Source: Eledone cirrhosa (taxonomy: Eukaryota). Taken from it: a DNA stretch of 64,000 nt. Where the stretch lies: the NCBI GenBank assembly GCA_964016885.1, contig OZ024744.1:8618001-8682000 (forward strand). Reading direction: 5' to 3'. The translations under genes and the position numbers were made by a program. Numbering within the stretch: position 1 is the stretch's first letter; each line of letters begins with the position of its first letter. Below, piece after piece: positions 25,621 to 38,145 of the stretch. Below the pieces are notes generated by a model that had not been told where the DNA came from, did not search any database, and saw only the letters and a list, made by a program, of their open reading frames with translations.

Positions 25621-26396
25621 CTTTCTTTATTAACCACAAGGGTTTACATAAAGTAGACATTAACGACAGCACAGGACAATACAGGACGGTACAAATGGGC
25701 ATTTCTGTGTGTAAAAAACAAAAACAGAGGATGTAACAAAACAAATAACAATGAAAAATTCCCCAATAGGGGGGACACTTCCGAGGGAAATTTGTGGAGA
25801 AAGCCCGTTAAAAGGCCACAGTGACCTTGACCACCAGGTCAAGTGCCCTCTCCCAGTTTTCCACCTTTAATTTACAGACACATACTCAGAATAGACCCAT
25901 TCACTCGGGCCATTCTTGCTTCTCTCACCCATCTTACAACAAAATGCTGGGAAGAGAGCCCTTCTCTCTCTACCCTGATTTTCCTTTTCAAATGAAATTT
26001 GAAAAAGTCAATCAGGGCATCAGCGAAGAGGTAAGTGCTCGTCTTCAGCCTATTCAGACGCGTCGAAAATACTATCTCTTTCGCCATGGCCACCAGACAG
26101 ATAAAAACAGCCTGCCGTTCCCGACTAAAGGATGAGAGCGGGGAAATCCTCACGATGGACTCAGCTGATAGCCGGATCCGTCCTACACGCGACAGCAGGT
26201 GTTCGACATAAACCCACAAGTCAGCAATGTTCGGACAGTGGTCGAGTGCGTGCAGGACGGTTTCGTCGCCCTGCGCGCATCTCGGACATGCCCGGCTGAC
26301 GGGACCTCCATGCCTGTAGAGTTTTTCCCGAACTGGCAAAGCTCCTCGGTAGCACTTCCAGGCCAGGGATTTCTGGAATTTGTCCATAGGCCACAA
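25621..26396 (-). mobile_element. Tx1-clade subfamily 1, 5'-truncated (ORF2 C-terminal zinc finger + 3' UTR)
   Basis: ORF 25872-26396 CPRCAQGDETVLHALDHC; matches 54939-55720. Confidence 0.9.
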
Positions 26397-26399
26397 GGG

Positions 26400-26830
26400 C
26401 TGACATCAAGAAAAACATTATAGACGCCACAGGACGGTACAGGACGGTACAAGGTGGGTTTTGTGAGTGTAAATATTTTTATTATTTATACAAAAAAAGA
26501 AAAAAAGGACATAGAAACATATATATAAACAATAAAAATGAAAATTGAAACAATGAAAAATTCCCCAATAGGGGCAAACCTCTGAGGATTACTCGTGGAG
26601 AAAACTACACAAATGACCACGGCCACCCTGACTACCAGGGCAAGCGCCATCTCTCAATTTTTCCTCCATTTTTCAAACTACAGACGTATATTCAGAGTGG
26701 TCCCGTTCACTCGGACCATTCTCGCTACATTCACCCACATTTCAACAAACTTGCTGGAAGGCCCCACTTGCCTCTCCACCCTGATTTTCCTCTTCAAGTG
26801 AAACTTGAAAAAGTTAATTAGGGATTCGAT
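26400..26830 (-). mobile_element. Tx1-clade subfamily 2, 3' fragment
   Basis: FFKFHLKRKIRVER C-terminus; 3' UTR resembles 35590-35860. Confidence 0.8.
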
Positions 26831-26855
26831 AATAATAATAGCGACAATTATAATG

Positions 26856-29800
26856 GTTTCATTTATTGGCCACAAAGGCCGACATATAGAAGACAATACA
26901 AAAGACTGGGACAGATGGGGGGTACCGAAAAGTTGAACAATATGAATAACAATAACAAAGTAACAAGAAAAATTCCCCAATAGTAGGGATGACCACCCGG
27001 GGTTCACTCAGGTACCCCACCAATCCTGAACGACCCGACGCTTCGAGAGCACCTTGGAAGGGCACCCCTCTCCTCCTCAAATTTACCTACCTACAGCCGC
27101 ATGACCAGAGTAGGCCCACTCACAGGGGCCATTCTCGCCACATTCACCCACCTTTCAGCAAATGTACTGGGGGGCAGCACTTCTCTCTCCACCCTCACCT
27201 TCCTTTCCAAGTGAAACTTGAAAAAGTTGATGAGGGATTGGCCGAAGAGAAAAGTGTCTGTCTTCAGTCCTTTCAACCTCGTCCACCATACAACCTCTTT
27301 CGCTACTGCCACCAGACAGAGGAAAATTGCCTGCCCTTCCTGGCCAAAAGAAGGCGGTGGGTCGATCTTCACTATGGACTCGGCCGATATCCGGATTCGT
27401 TCTACACGCGACAACAGCTGTTCAACATAACTCCACAAGTCAGTAATGCACGGACACTGGACGAGTGCGTGCAGAACGGTTTCGTCGCTCTGTGCGCATC
27501 TTGGGCAGGTCCGTCTGGCAGCACTTCCGTGCCTGTAGAGTTTATCTCGAACCAGCAGTGCCCCCCCCCCCCCCGATAACACTGCCAAGCGAGGGATTTT
27601 TTTTGAAATTAACCACCGTACCCAGCTCGAAAGACCGCCGGAACAGCCTGGTTAGTTCGCCTTCGACGAAGCCCAGAGTCTCTCCGAGTGCGTCATCGCA
27701 CTTGCCCACCACTAATCCTCTATAGAACTCGAGAGTGGAAGTTACATTGACCGCATTTCTCGCCTGGTAGAGGGCAGTCAGTGCCTGGCAATATTCTAGA
27801 TGCCAGTCACCCAGTCTCGGTCTCTTCTTGACCCAGGACTGCAGCTCAGTCAAAGAGACGAGCTGCGAAAGGCCCGTTAGACAAACGGCGACCACACCTG
27901 TTCACCGTTTAAGCAGAATATCTGGAGATGCCACAGCCTCAGCGCGTGTCTGCGCATCATTAGCCACGGCATGCCTAGCCGTCCACGTAGAGGGTGCTGG
28001 CAGCAGATGGACCGCGTCACCAACGGAACTTGTCCCCTCCACAAGAATTTGAAGAGGAGCCACTCAAAGATGACGAGGCGCGAACGGGGGCAAGGGATGA
28101 CGGTCAGACGGTAGTAGATGACGGACGCGATGTACGCGTTCGCTACCTCCGCCCGACCTTTCAGTGATAGCTTTCTCGCAGCCCATTTCTGGGTGAGACT
28201 GGCTACCCTACCCGATGGTCGACCCTATCGAATGTTTTCGATTGATCTAAATTGATCAGAGCCCCACCGAAACCATGTTTGCACCCTACCCTCTCTATGA
28301 TATATCGCATCAGGTGGAGGTTGTCGTGTATGGACCTGGTTGGGATTGCGCAAGTTTGCGCCTTCCCAACCAAATCCCCGACGACAAGCGCCAACCTCTT
28401 CGCTAACACCTTGGCCGAAATCTTAAACTCTGTGTTGAGCAGAGTTATGGGCCTGAAGTTGTCTAATGTGTTCCTTTTGTTCTCGTCTTTCCTTATCAGC
28501 GTCACTATGTCCCGGCTCACAGAACTGGGAATAACACCGTTCTGCTGCCACTTTCAGTAGAGCGCTTGAGGAGATTGGAGTACAAGTCTGGAATATTTAC
28601 GTAAAACTCGTAGGGCAGACCATCCAAACCGGGTTACTTGCGCCTAATGCAACCAACAAGGACATCCTGAATCACGGCTGAAGTAATCGGCCATTCGCAG
28701 CGCTTAGCGTCGGCCATCGAGAGTTGCGGCAAGCCATCGGGGTAGGGACTGAGGTCCGCCACCGTCTCTGACCTGACACTTCCACCGAACGACCTAGCAA
28801 AATGTTAGCGAAATGCCTCACACATCCGCTTGAAATCTCTCAGCTCGTGTCCGTCTCGGTCCATCAAAGACCGAATCGTGGTTTAATTACCACGCTGCGT
28901 CTCTGCCACGCGGGCCCATCGAACAGCTTTGGTTCCCTCGTTTCTCAGAGCACGCGCCTTAGCTCTGACAATGCACCCTTCGTGTTTTGCATTGAAGAAA
29001 TGGTCTAATGCCATTCTCGCCGCTAGCACATCAGTTGCAATGCCACTACTAATAGCCTCGTCTAACTTATCTACCAACTCCCCCTCCTTTCTATTTTTCT
29101 CTAACGTTACTTCTTTGCTAAACTCTATCGACATTACTCTAATCTCTCTTTTGAGAGCCCCCCCCTCCCCCACCATCTATTGTTGACGACTCTCCTTGTC
29201 AACTTTTTCTTAACTAAATTGTTGACCTGGTCCCTGTAAGCCTTACGTGCCGTAAATGACATGGTTAGCTTCCAGTAACCAGGTCCTAACCTATGCGTCT
29301 TATCTAGGTCGACCATACAGATCACAAACTTGTGATCTGATTAGGCGACCGTTTCAAAACGTGGACAGCTTACACTATTTCCATCTATTTTCCTAATGAA
29401 TATCCTGTCTATATATGATTTAGATGACATTATGCGGTTAGTCCAAGTCCACACTGGTGCATTAGGGAAATCTAGTCGGTACCTGTCAGACAGTTGGAAC
29501 TGGCTGATCAGGTCTTGAGGCTTTTTGCAACCACCGCTCCTATCGGATACACCCACACAGTCCCAGCGTGCGTCTAAGATGCCGTTCCAGTCCCCCGCTA
29601 ACAGTAAAGGACGAGACGTAGCCAAAAAGGCTTCCAGGTGTCTAAAGAAGTCCGGCCGTGCTGCTCCAGTAGGGGTATAGACGGTGACCAGTCTAAAGGC
29701 ACCACCCTCGTTATTGTTCACATCCAGGACCATCAACTTACCGTCCGGATTATCGGAAGATCGACCTTACCTCTAGATCCAGGTTTTTTCCTAAACAGCA

Positions 29801-31717
29801 CTGCCACTCCACCTCCTATTCCTGGCCGACTAACAGATGCAAAGATCTGATAGTCATCGAAAATGGGGGCTAGTGCGCGCGTGTCGGAAATCCTAGTCTC
29901 GCTGACGGTAATTACATCCATTTCTAGAGACCTGAGGTCGTTGAGCAGGTGACCCTGCTTCCACGACGATCCGAGGCCTCGAACATTTAAACTTCCTACT
30001 CTTAATACGGCCATGATGGCAGGTTAAAAGAGAGGGAGATAAAAGGTTTACTTACCTTCCGGGCTCTTGTGAAGGTCGGGTGGTTCGACCTCCATAGTTG
30101 GTGGAGTTTCTTTTTGGAACCCTTTAAAAGTCTTGAAGTGGGTCTTACGTTCGGGGTTCCCACTTCCCAAGGAAAGCTGTCTCGTATAAATCTTGTATAA
30201 ATCGAGCGACATTCGCACCAGAAACAAATCTTCCGACACGCGAAATGTGCTCGATTTAAAAATTCCTCCCTCTTTTTGTATATTTTCACTTCGTGCTACG
30301 AGGGCCATCAGTTCCTTGTTGGCCCTCCTGATGAGCACGAAGTTTTGTATGTTTTGTTGGTGTGATTTTATTTATTTGTGTGGCTTAGGTTGTTTGCGTT
30401 TGGAGGATTCTGGTGATGGCGATGGTGATGTTGGTGTTGATGTTGGTGGTGGTCTTTCTATTTGTGTTGTTGCTGGTGGTTTTGCCGTTGCTGGTGTTGG
30501 TTGTGGTCCTCGTCCCGACGTCGGCAGCAGTGGAGCCCTTAGACCCCTTGCATCTTTCAGCAGTTGAGGGCAGAAGGTTCGCAAATGGGTTTTTTCCCCA
30601 CAAACAAAACACTGCGGCCTTTTACCCTCGGTCATAATGTGAATGACAGTCCCATTCTGAAGGCGGATGTGGTCCAGGATTGTCTTCACATTCTCGGGCC
30701 TGATCTGGAGAAGTACCTCCAGGTCAACCCCGGTCCAGTCCTCTCTGGCCGTTCTGGTCATTTCTATCGGGACGGTATCTGACCCCTCCACAATCACACA
30801 TCCTAGAAGCCACCACATGTCAAGTCCTGGTGGGATTCTGGGAATGCGGAGACAGGCCGTTCTTTTTCTCATGTAGGAAGGGTACATTATGACCTTGCTG
30901 GTTTTGCAAGGAGTCATAGCGTGTTTCATAGCGAGGGCTTCTGACTTGAACAACACCGAAATGGTGCTGTACTGTCTGCCCCTCTCTATGTACTGGGTGT
31001 CTTTTCTGATGCACCTCAGCGCGACTTCGGCATCTTCTTGTGGGATTAAAGCTGCCCTTTTGGTTTGTGCTGAGATGCATCTATAATGCACCGTTCTGAG
31101 TTCCATTGCCTCAATAGCTTCTACCGGGACAGTTAAGTTGGCCCAGGTTTGCTCTTGTTTGATGGGCCAACTTTTCATCTTTGTTTGAGAGGTCGATGTT
31201 GAAGCATGGCCTCTTTTTTGCTGCTGCCGCAGCGAAAGTGTTCTTCTTGTTTTCGTTGGGGTCGTTGTTGTTGTTGTCGTTGTTCTTGTTGGTGTTATTG
31301 TTATCACTGTCGCTGTTATCATTGTTGTCTTTGGTGCCACCGTTGTTCTCGGTACAGTTGGTATTGTTGCTGGTGATGTTGTCACTATTTGTTTTCATGT
31401 TAGTGGTGTTGATATTGTTGTTGTATTTGTCATTTTTTTTTGTTATCTGTATTTTCGTTGTCGCTGTTACTGTCATATTTTTTTCAAATTAGAGTTCTTA
31501 TTGTTATCATTGGTGTCTTTGTTTACCTTGTTTGTGGTGGTGTTTGTGTTATCAATTTGTGTTAATTTCGCTGTAGCGCTCCTCTCAACTACTACATCGT
31601 TGTCGCACGACAGCCGACATATCGCTGGGGGGTGTGGCTCAGCCATGTGGTTTTTTTTTTGGGGGGGGGGGTCGATAATTTTTTAAAATGTAAAAAAGAT
31701 TCAATAAAAATTAACAA
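26856..31717 (-). mobile_element. Tx1-clade subfamily 3, near full length, decayed
   Basis: ORF2 pieces 27091-30014 (MAVLRVGSLNVRG, GDWNG, NFRPITLLN, CPRC) and ORF1 pieces ~30050-31646 with CFVCGEKTHLRTFC. (AAT)n at both ends. Confidence 0.9.
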
Positions 31718-31759
<42 letters not shown>

Positions 31760-31840
31760 TGTTTCTACTTTTGGCACAAGGCCAGCAATAACACAGTACA
31801 TTACTGGTACTTTTATTGCATCGACCCCGTCAGGATGAAA
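31760..31840 (-). mobile_element. SINE 3' fragment
   Basis: Homologous to 1041-1130 and 35400-35485. Confidence 0.7.
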
Positions 31841-32099
31841 TATATACACGCACACACGTACATATCTATACACACATACACACACACGATAACAATTAAC
31901 AGTGCTGCGAGCAAATGTGGCTTTTAACCCAACCAATGATCTAAAATGTCTTGCACAGAGTTGCCAACCAAAATATTCACTGGGAATAGTCGGCTGTGGC
32001 TGGAATTCGTGTACTTTTGCATGTCATTTGAGTCCTCCTGCTGATTTACATTCTCTACCACATGTTTGGCAAGCATGATGAGTAGCATCTCCAACTGCA

Positions 32100-35000
32100 G
32101 CCTGGTAGTCAACCACTGGTCTTACTTTATGACTGCGAAGATGACTTTCGAGCCCAGCTTTGCTTAGGCTAGTCTCGCACAGACGCTGCATGTCAGCACC
32201 ATAGGAGGACCCTCGCCGTCTGGAAGTGCAGCAGCAATGCCCTTCCTCACATCTCGCTTTACTTTCTCGTATGCGATTCGAGATGCCTCAAAGGCAACTT
32301 TTCCCTCATATACAGTCTTTCTCCATTTATTACGATCAGCAGCAATATTCTTCCATATATCAGCAGAGATGTTAGCGTCTTTCAGAGAGGCTTTCAAGGA
32401 ATCCTTATACCTCTTTTGGGGTTTATGTGGCGGTCGTTTTCCTTTAACTAACTCTCCATAAAAGAGTTGTTTTGGTATTCTAGAATCCTTCATCCTGGCA
32501 AGGTGACCACTCCAACGGAGTCGTTGCTTAAGCACAAGAGCTTCTATACTGTCACACATACAGCTTTCCAAAATCTCGACATCACTGATGTGGTCCCTCC
32601 AGTGAACGCAATGGATCCGTCTGAGACACATCTGATGGAAACGCTCCAATTGCTTAAGGTGGTGTCGATATGTGACTCAGGTCTCACAGGCATAAAGAAG
32701 ACAAGAGAGCACACATGCCTTGTACACCTTTACCTTTGTCCTCCTTCATATCTCTCGCCGACCCCAGAGTCGCCTTTTTAGCTTTCCGAAAGCATCACTC
32801 GCTTTCCTAATCCTGAATGGAATTTCATTATCAAGGTTGCTGTATCGATTGACAGTGCTTCCAATGTAGACAAACTGATCAACCACTCCAAGTCGTTTAC
32901 CATACACATAGATATTTGCTTCACTGTACTGCTTACCAGGGGCAGGTTGGTACATGACGACGGTTTTCTTGAGACTGACAGTCAATCCTAGGGCAGTGCA
33001 AGCATCAGAAAATGCATTCAAAATGTGCTGCATATCACTCTCTGTGTGCGCTACAAGATCGCAGTCATTTGCATACAAGAGGTCTCTTATGATTGATGTA
33101 AATACTTTTGTTTTTGCAGCAAAGCGACTGATGTTAAATATGCCGCCTGAGGTTCGATATCGGATGTAAACACCATGCTCGCAATTCCTGAATGCAATAT
33201 ACCATTGCAAAGTATATGGCAAACAGGGTCGGTGCTGGAATATCCCCCTGTTTCACTCCATCTTTCATTGAGATAGGCTCTGACATGTTACCTCCGACAT
33301 TAACCCAAGCCTTCATGTCGTCATGGAAAGACCTAACTAAAGCAAGGAATTTATCAGGGCAACCAAGTTTCTGGAGAACCTTCCACAATGCATTTCTGTT
33401 AACAGTATCGAAAGCTTTTGTCAGATCAACAAAAACCTGATACAGACCCAAACCTTGTTCCATGCACTTCTCCTGGAGCTGTCTAGCTGAGAAGATCATA
33501 TCAGTAGTGCCGCGTCCAGCACGAAAACCAGATTGACTTTCAGGAAGAACACAATCTGCAATGTGTGTCAGCAGATGGTCCAGAAGCACCCTACATAAAA
33601 CTTTCCCTACGACAGAAAGCAATGATATACCTCTGTAGTTCCCACAATCGTTCCTGTTACCCTTTCCCTTGTACAAAACCACCATTACTGCATCTCTCCA
33701 GTCCTCAGTTACGGATTCATTAGCCCATATCCAACCAAACAAAGAGTGAAGATGTTGCAGAAGTCTCTCACCACCATATTGTAGGAGCTCAGCATGTATG
33801 CCATCCATACCTGGAGACCTTTCACTGTTCAACTTCAAGATAGCTACTGCAACCTCCACAAGCGTCCGTGGTTCTGGGGGAGCTACTTTCACAGGACTTT
33901 CTGGAATGAGATTGAGGAAATCTTCATTGACGCCAGACGGCTGATTCAAAAGATCATCAAAGTGCTCTCGCCACCTTCGTAGAATTCCTTGTAAGTCACG
34001 AAGAAGTTCCCTGGCATCCTTGCTGCGAAGCGGTGTCACCAGAGAAGAAGACGGTCCATAAACTCCATGCAAGAGACTGTACAACAGCTTTCTGTTATTG
34101 GAATCTGATGCAGCTTGTATCTCATCAGCCTTCTCACTCCACCACTGATCCTTCATCTGAGAAAGACTCCGTCTAACACGTGATTTTACATCCCTGAGTT
34201 CCTCATGCAACGTATTTCTCTCCTGTGGTTTTGCCGTCAAGTAGCGTGACAGGGCACGCCTCTTATCAGCCAACAATCATCTATATGTTCATCATTCTCG
34301 TTCAACCAGTCTTGATGTTTTCTCTGCATCAATCCCAGAACACGTCTGCTTACATCACGAACCGATCCTCACCAAGATCTGCAACATGCATCTCTTCTCG
34401 CAATGTCCTCTTCACATTTTTATCTCTAAGACGTGCAGCATTCAATCTTCTGGGCAGGATAACACCTGGAGCCCGGATCTTACGTTTAGAGATTAGTTTC
34501 ACTTTTGCGCGTACCAGGCGGTGGTCCGTCCAGCACTCAGCTCAACGAAGAGCACGAACACACTGCAAATCCCGCCTGTGACGTATCCTGACAAGGACGT
34601 AGTCCAAACGATTCCATTCCTTAGATGCAGGATGCATCCATGTGGTCTTAAATTTGTTCTGGTGTTGGAACATGGTAATCCAGCTCCTCACACATCTGCA
34701 GCAGGAGCATACCATTGTTGTAACACTTCCCCACCCCATGCCTTCCGATTACATTCCATGTGTTAAAATCCCTACCCACTCTAGCATTAAAGTCACCAAG
34801 CACGATGACTTTGTCTGCCGGAGAGATATTTCTTAAAACACCTTTCAAGGCATGGTAAAGGGACACTTTTTCTTCATCGACAGAACTCATAGTTGGAGCA
34901 TACACACTCACCAGGGTAGCATATCTTCCTTTGTCCAGCGGAACTCTCATGGACATAAGACGCTCACTAATACCCACTGGGAATTCTTCTAATTTAGCCA

Positions 35001-35372
35001 CAAGAGCAGTCTTGACAGCAAATCCTACCACAGCCTCTCTTCTGGTTCCTTCATCTCTTCCTTTCCAGAAGAATGTATATTCTCCACAAAATTCTGTAAG
35101 ATGACCATCTCCAGCTAGCCTCGTCTCAGATAAAGCCACGATGTCAAGATCGTAACGTCGAAGCTCCTTTGCAACAAGAGTGGTCCTTCGTTCAGGACGT
35201 TCGGAATAATCCCTGTCAAGCAGTGTCCGTACTTTCTAACAGCCAATATTCAATTTTTTGTTTGGTTCTACCACAGTAGCACGATGGCGAGCGGGCCCAG
35301 GCTGTGATACCTAGGGCCCCTGCCCTTATTGCCAATTATCTCTTTTATATTGTTTTGGAACATCATTGAATT
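32100..35372 (-). mobile_element. RTE-clade LINE, decayed, same family as 2706-5783
   Basis: ORF pieces 34648-35139, 33134-34276, 32746-33222 and 32164-32649 nearly identical to the + copy. Retains a C-terminal C2H2-like CSVC...SHLRSH. Confidence 0.92.
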
Positions 35373-35399
35373 GGAAAAAAAGTAATAATAATAATAATA

Positions 35400-35588
35400 A
35401 AAATTGTTTCTACTTTCGGCACTAGGCCAGCAATTATCCCAGTGCATTACTGGTACTTTATTTTATCGACCCCATAAGGATGAAAGGCAAAGTTAACCTC
35501 GGCGGAATTTGAAATCAGAATGGCAAGGGCCGTAACTCTATGCGTCAAAGCATGGCGTCCGACCCCCTACCGATACTGCCAATCCGGT
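35400..35588 (-). mobile_element. tRNA-derived SINE
   Basis: Minus strand ..ttcaaattccgccgaggttaactttgcctttcatcctta.ggggtcgataaaa..agtaccag with (ATT)n tail. Confidence 0.8.
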
Positions 35589-38145
35589 TTCTTTATTAAG
35601 GAAAACATGAGGAAAAACATGAGGAAAAACATTAGAGACGGCACAGAACGGTACAGGACGATACAAAGTGGGTTTTGGCCGAGTAAAAAAGTTTATAACA
35701 AGAAGATAGAAATATCAAATAAATTCAAACAACAAAAATTCCCCAATAGGAGGGAAACTTCCGAGGGTCACGCGTGGCGAAAACCAGACAAAAAAACCAC
35801 AGCCACCCTGACCACCAGGGAAAGCAACCTCTCTCTCAGTTTTCCACTCCTCAGTCTACAGGCGCATACTCCGAGCGGGCCCGTTCACTCGGACCAGACT
35901 CGCCACTTTCACCCACCTTTCAGCAAACTTACTAGAAGACAGCACATCTCTCCACCCTGAATTTCCTCTTCAAGTGAAACTTGAAAAAGTTATTCAGGGA
36001 TTCACCGGAGAAGAAAGTGTCCGTCTTCAATACTTTCAACCTTGTCCACCACACAATCTCTTTCGCCATGGCCACCAGGCAGATGAAAACTGCCTGCCTT
36101 TCCTCTTCCTTAAAGGAGGACGGCGGGGCTATCTACACAATGGACCCATTCCATTACTGGATCCGTCCTGCACGTGAGAGCAAATGTTCGACATAGCTCC
36201 ACAAGTTAGCAATGCTCGGACACTGAACGAGTACGTGCACAACAGTTTCGTCGCTCTGTGCGCATCTCGGACAGATTCTGCTGACAGCACCTTCTTGCCC
36301 GAACCGCCAACGCTCCCCGGTAACACTGCTAGGTCAGGGATTTCTGGAAGTTGTCCATAGGCCCCAGTCTGAGCTTTGTCTTGAAGAGAGGGAATAGCTG
36401 ATCGTCTTCGAGGCCCAAGGTCTCCCCAAGAATGTCGTCACTCTTCCCCTCCACTAGTCCTCTATAGAACGCCGAGGTGGATGTTCCACCGATACTAGTG
36501 CCCAGCTTGTAGAAGGCTGTGAGCGCTTGGAGACATTCCAGCTTCCAAGCGCTATCCCTCGGTCTTTTCCTGACCCAGGACTGCAGCTCCGTTAATGAGA
36601 CGAGCTGGGGAAAAACACGTCTGCCAAACGGTGACCAGAGATGTCGCAGCCCCAGCGCGTGTTTGCGCATCATCAGCCACGGCATTCCCAGCCCTCCACG
36701 CAACAGGTGTTGACAGCAGATGGATCGTCTGACCATGGAAGCAGGTCCCTTCCATAAAAAGCGGAAGAGGAGGCGCTCCATTTTTGTCAGAGTTGGGCCG
36801 GGGCAAGGCACAACGGTTAGGCGGTAGCAGATGACGGATGCGATGAAAGCATTCGCCACCTCTGCCCGACCTTTAAGGGAGATCTTCCTCTCGGCCCATT
36901 TCTGAGTGAGAGTGGCCAACCTGTTCGTCACCTCGCTCCAGTTTTTCTCCATCTGGAGGTCCGGACCGAACCAGACCCCGAGCAATTTAACCGGTCCTAC
37001 TGCCCAGCGCCCCACGATGCTGTCTGACGGCATGGACTTGCCTCTCCAGGTGCCGAGCTGCAAGACCACCAACTTTTCCTGGTTTAACTTTGCTCTTGTC
37101 ACTGCTTCATATTCATTGGGAGCAGTTCCGAGCATCTGGACATGTCCGGCGCTTGACACCACCACGGCGACGTCGTCGGCCTAAGCTTATACGGATCTCC
37201 CCCATCCCAGTTCGCGTGGGACGTCTCTCATCGCCTCCAATTTGTGCAGTAACGGTTTTAGGGCCAATACGTACAAGAGTGACGAGACGGGGCAACGCTA
37301 GCGGACAGAGCGCATGATGCTGAACGGCTGTGACAGATAACCGTTCACCTTCACAACTGAGCAGATATCGCTATGCATCGCAGCGATCCAACCACTGGGA
37401 ATGGGCCCGAAATCAGCCGCCTCGATGACCGCCTCCAGGTACCAATGGTCGACCCTATCAAATGCCTTAGATTGATCTAAGTTGATCAGAGCCCCACCCA
37501 TGCCAGGTTCCTTAACCACCCTCTTTATGATATATCGCATGAGGTGGAGGTTGTCGTGGATGGATCTGTCTGAAATGGCGCATGTCTGCGCCTCTCCCAT
37601 CAGATTACCTACGACAAGCGCCAAACTCGTTGCTAACAACTTGCCCCAAATCTTGAAGTCTGTGTTTAACAGAGTTATGGGCCTGAGGTTATCTATAACA
37701 TCCCCTTTGTTAGGGTGTTTTCTCAACAGCGCCACCGCTCTCTGGCTCACAAAACTAGGAATGCTCCCGTTCTGCTGCCAGTTGCAGTAGACGTCTGCCA
37801 AGAGGTCACCGAACAAGTCTGGCATGTACGCATAAAGCTCGTACGACAGAACATCCGAATCTGGCGATTTACCACTTGGGCAGTCAGACATCGCTTCCCG
37901 TATTTCACCTGCTGTTATCGGCCTTTCGCAATACTGCACTGCGGTCCTAGAGAGCTGCGGCAGTCCCTCGAGGTATGCACTGAAGTTCATACTCCGATCT
38001 CGCCCGCCGCCGCCCCCGAACAGTTGAGCAAAGTGCTGTTGAAAGCCTCACACATCTGCTCGGGTTCGAGTAACATGTGTCAGTTTTCGGCAGGTAAGGA
38101 TTGAATTGTGGCTTTGTTACAACCGCGCCTCCACCACCTGATCAG
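35589..38145 (-). mobile_element. Tx1-clade subfamily 2, 5'-truncated, decayed ORF2
   Basis: ORF pieces 37298-37990 and 36329-37165 (NLRPITLLN, LDQSKAFDRVDH, GGLGMP); AATAAA on - at the 3' end. Confidence 0.9.
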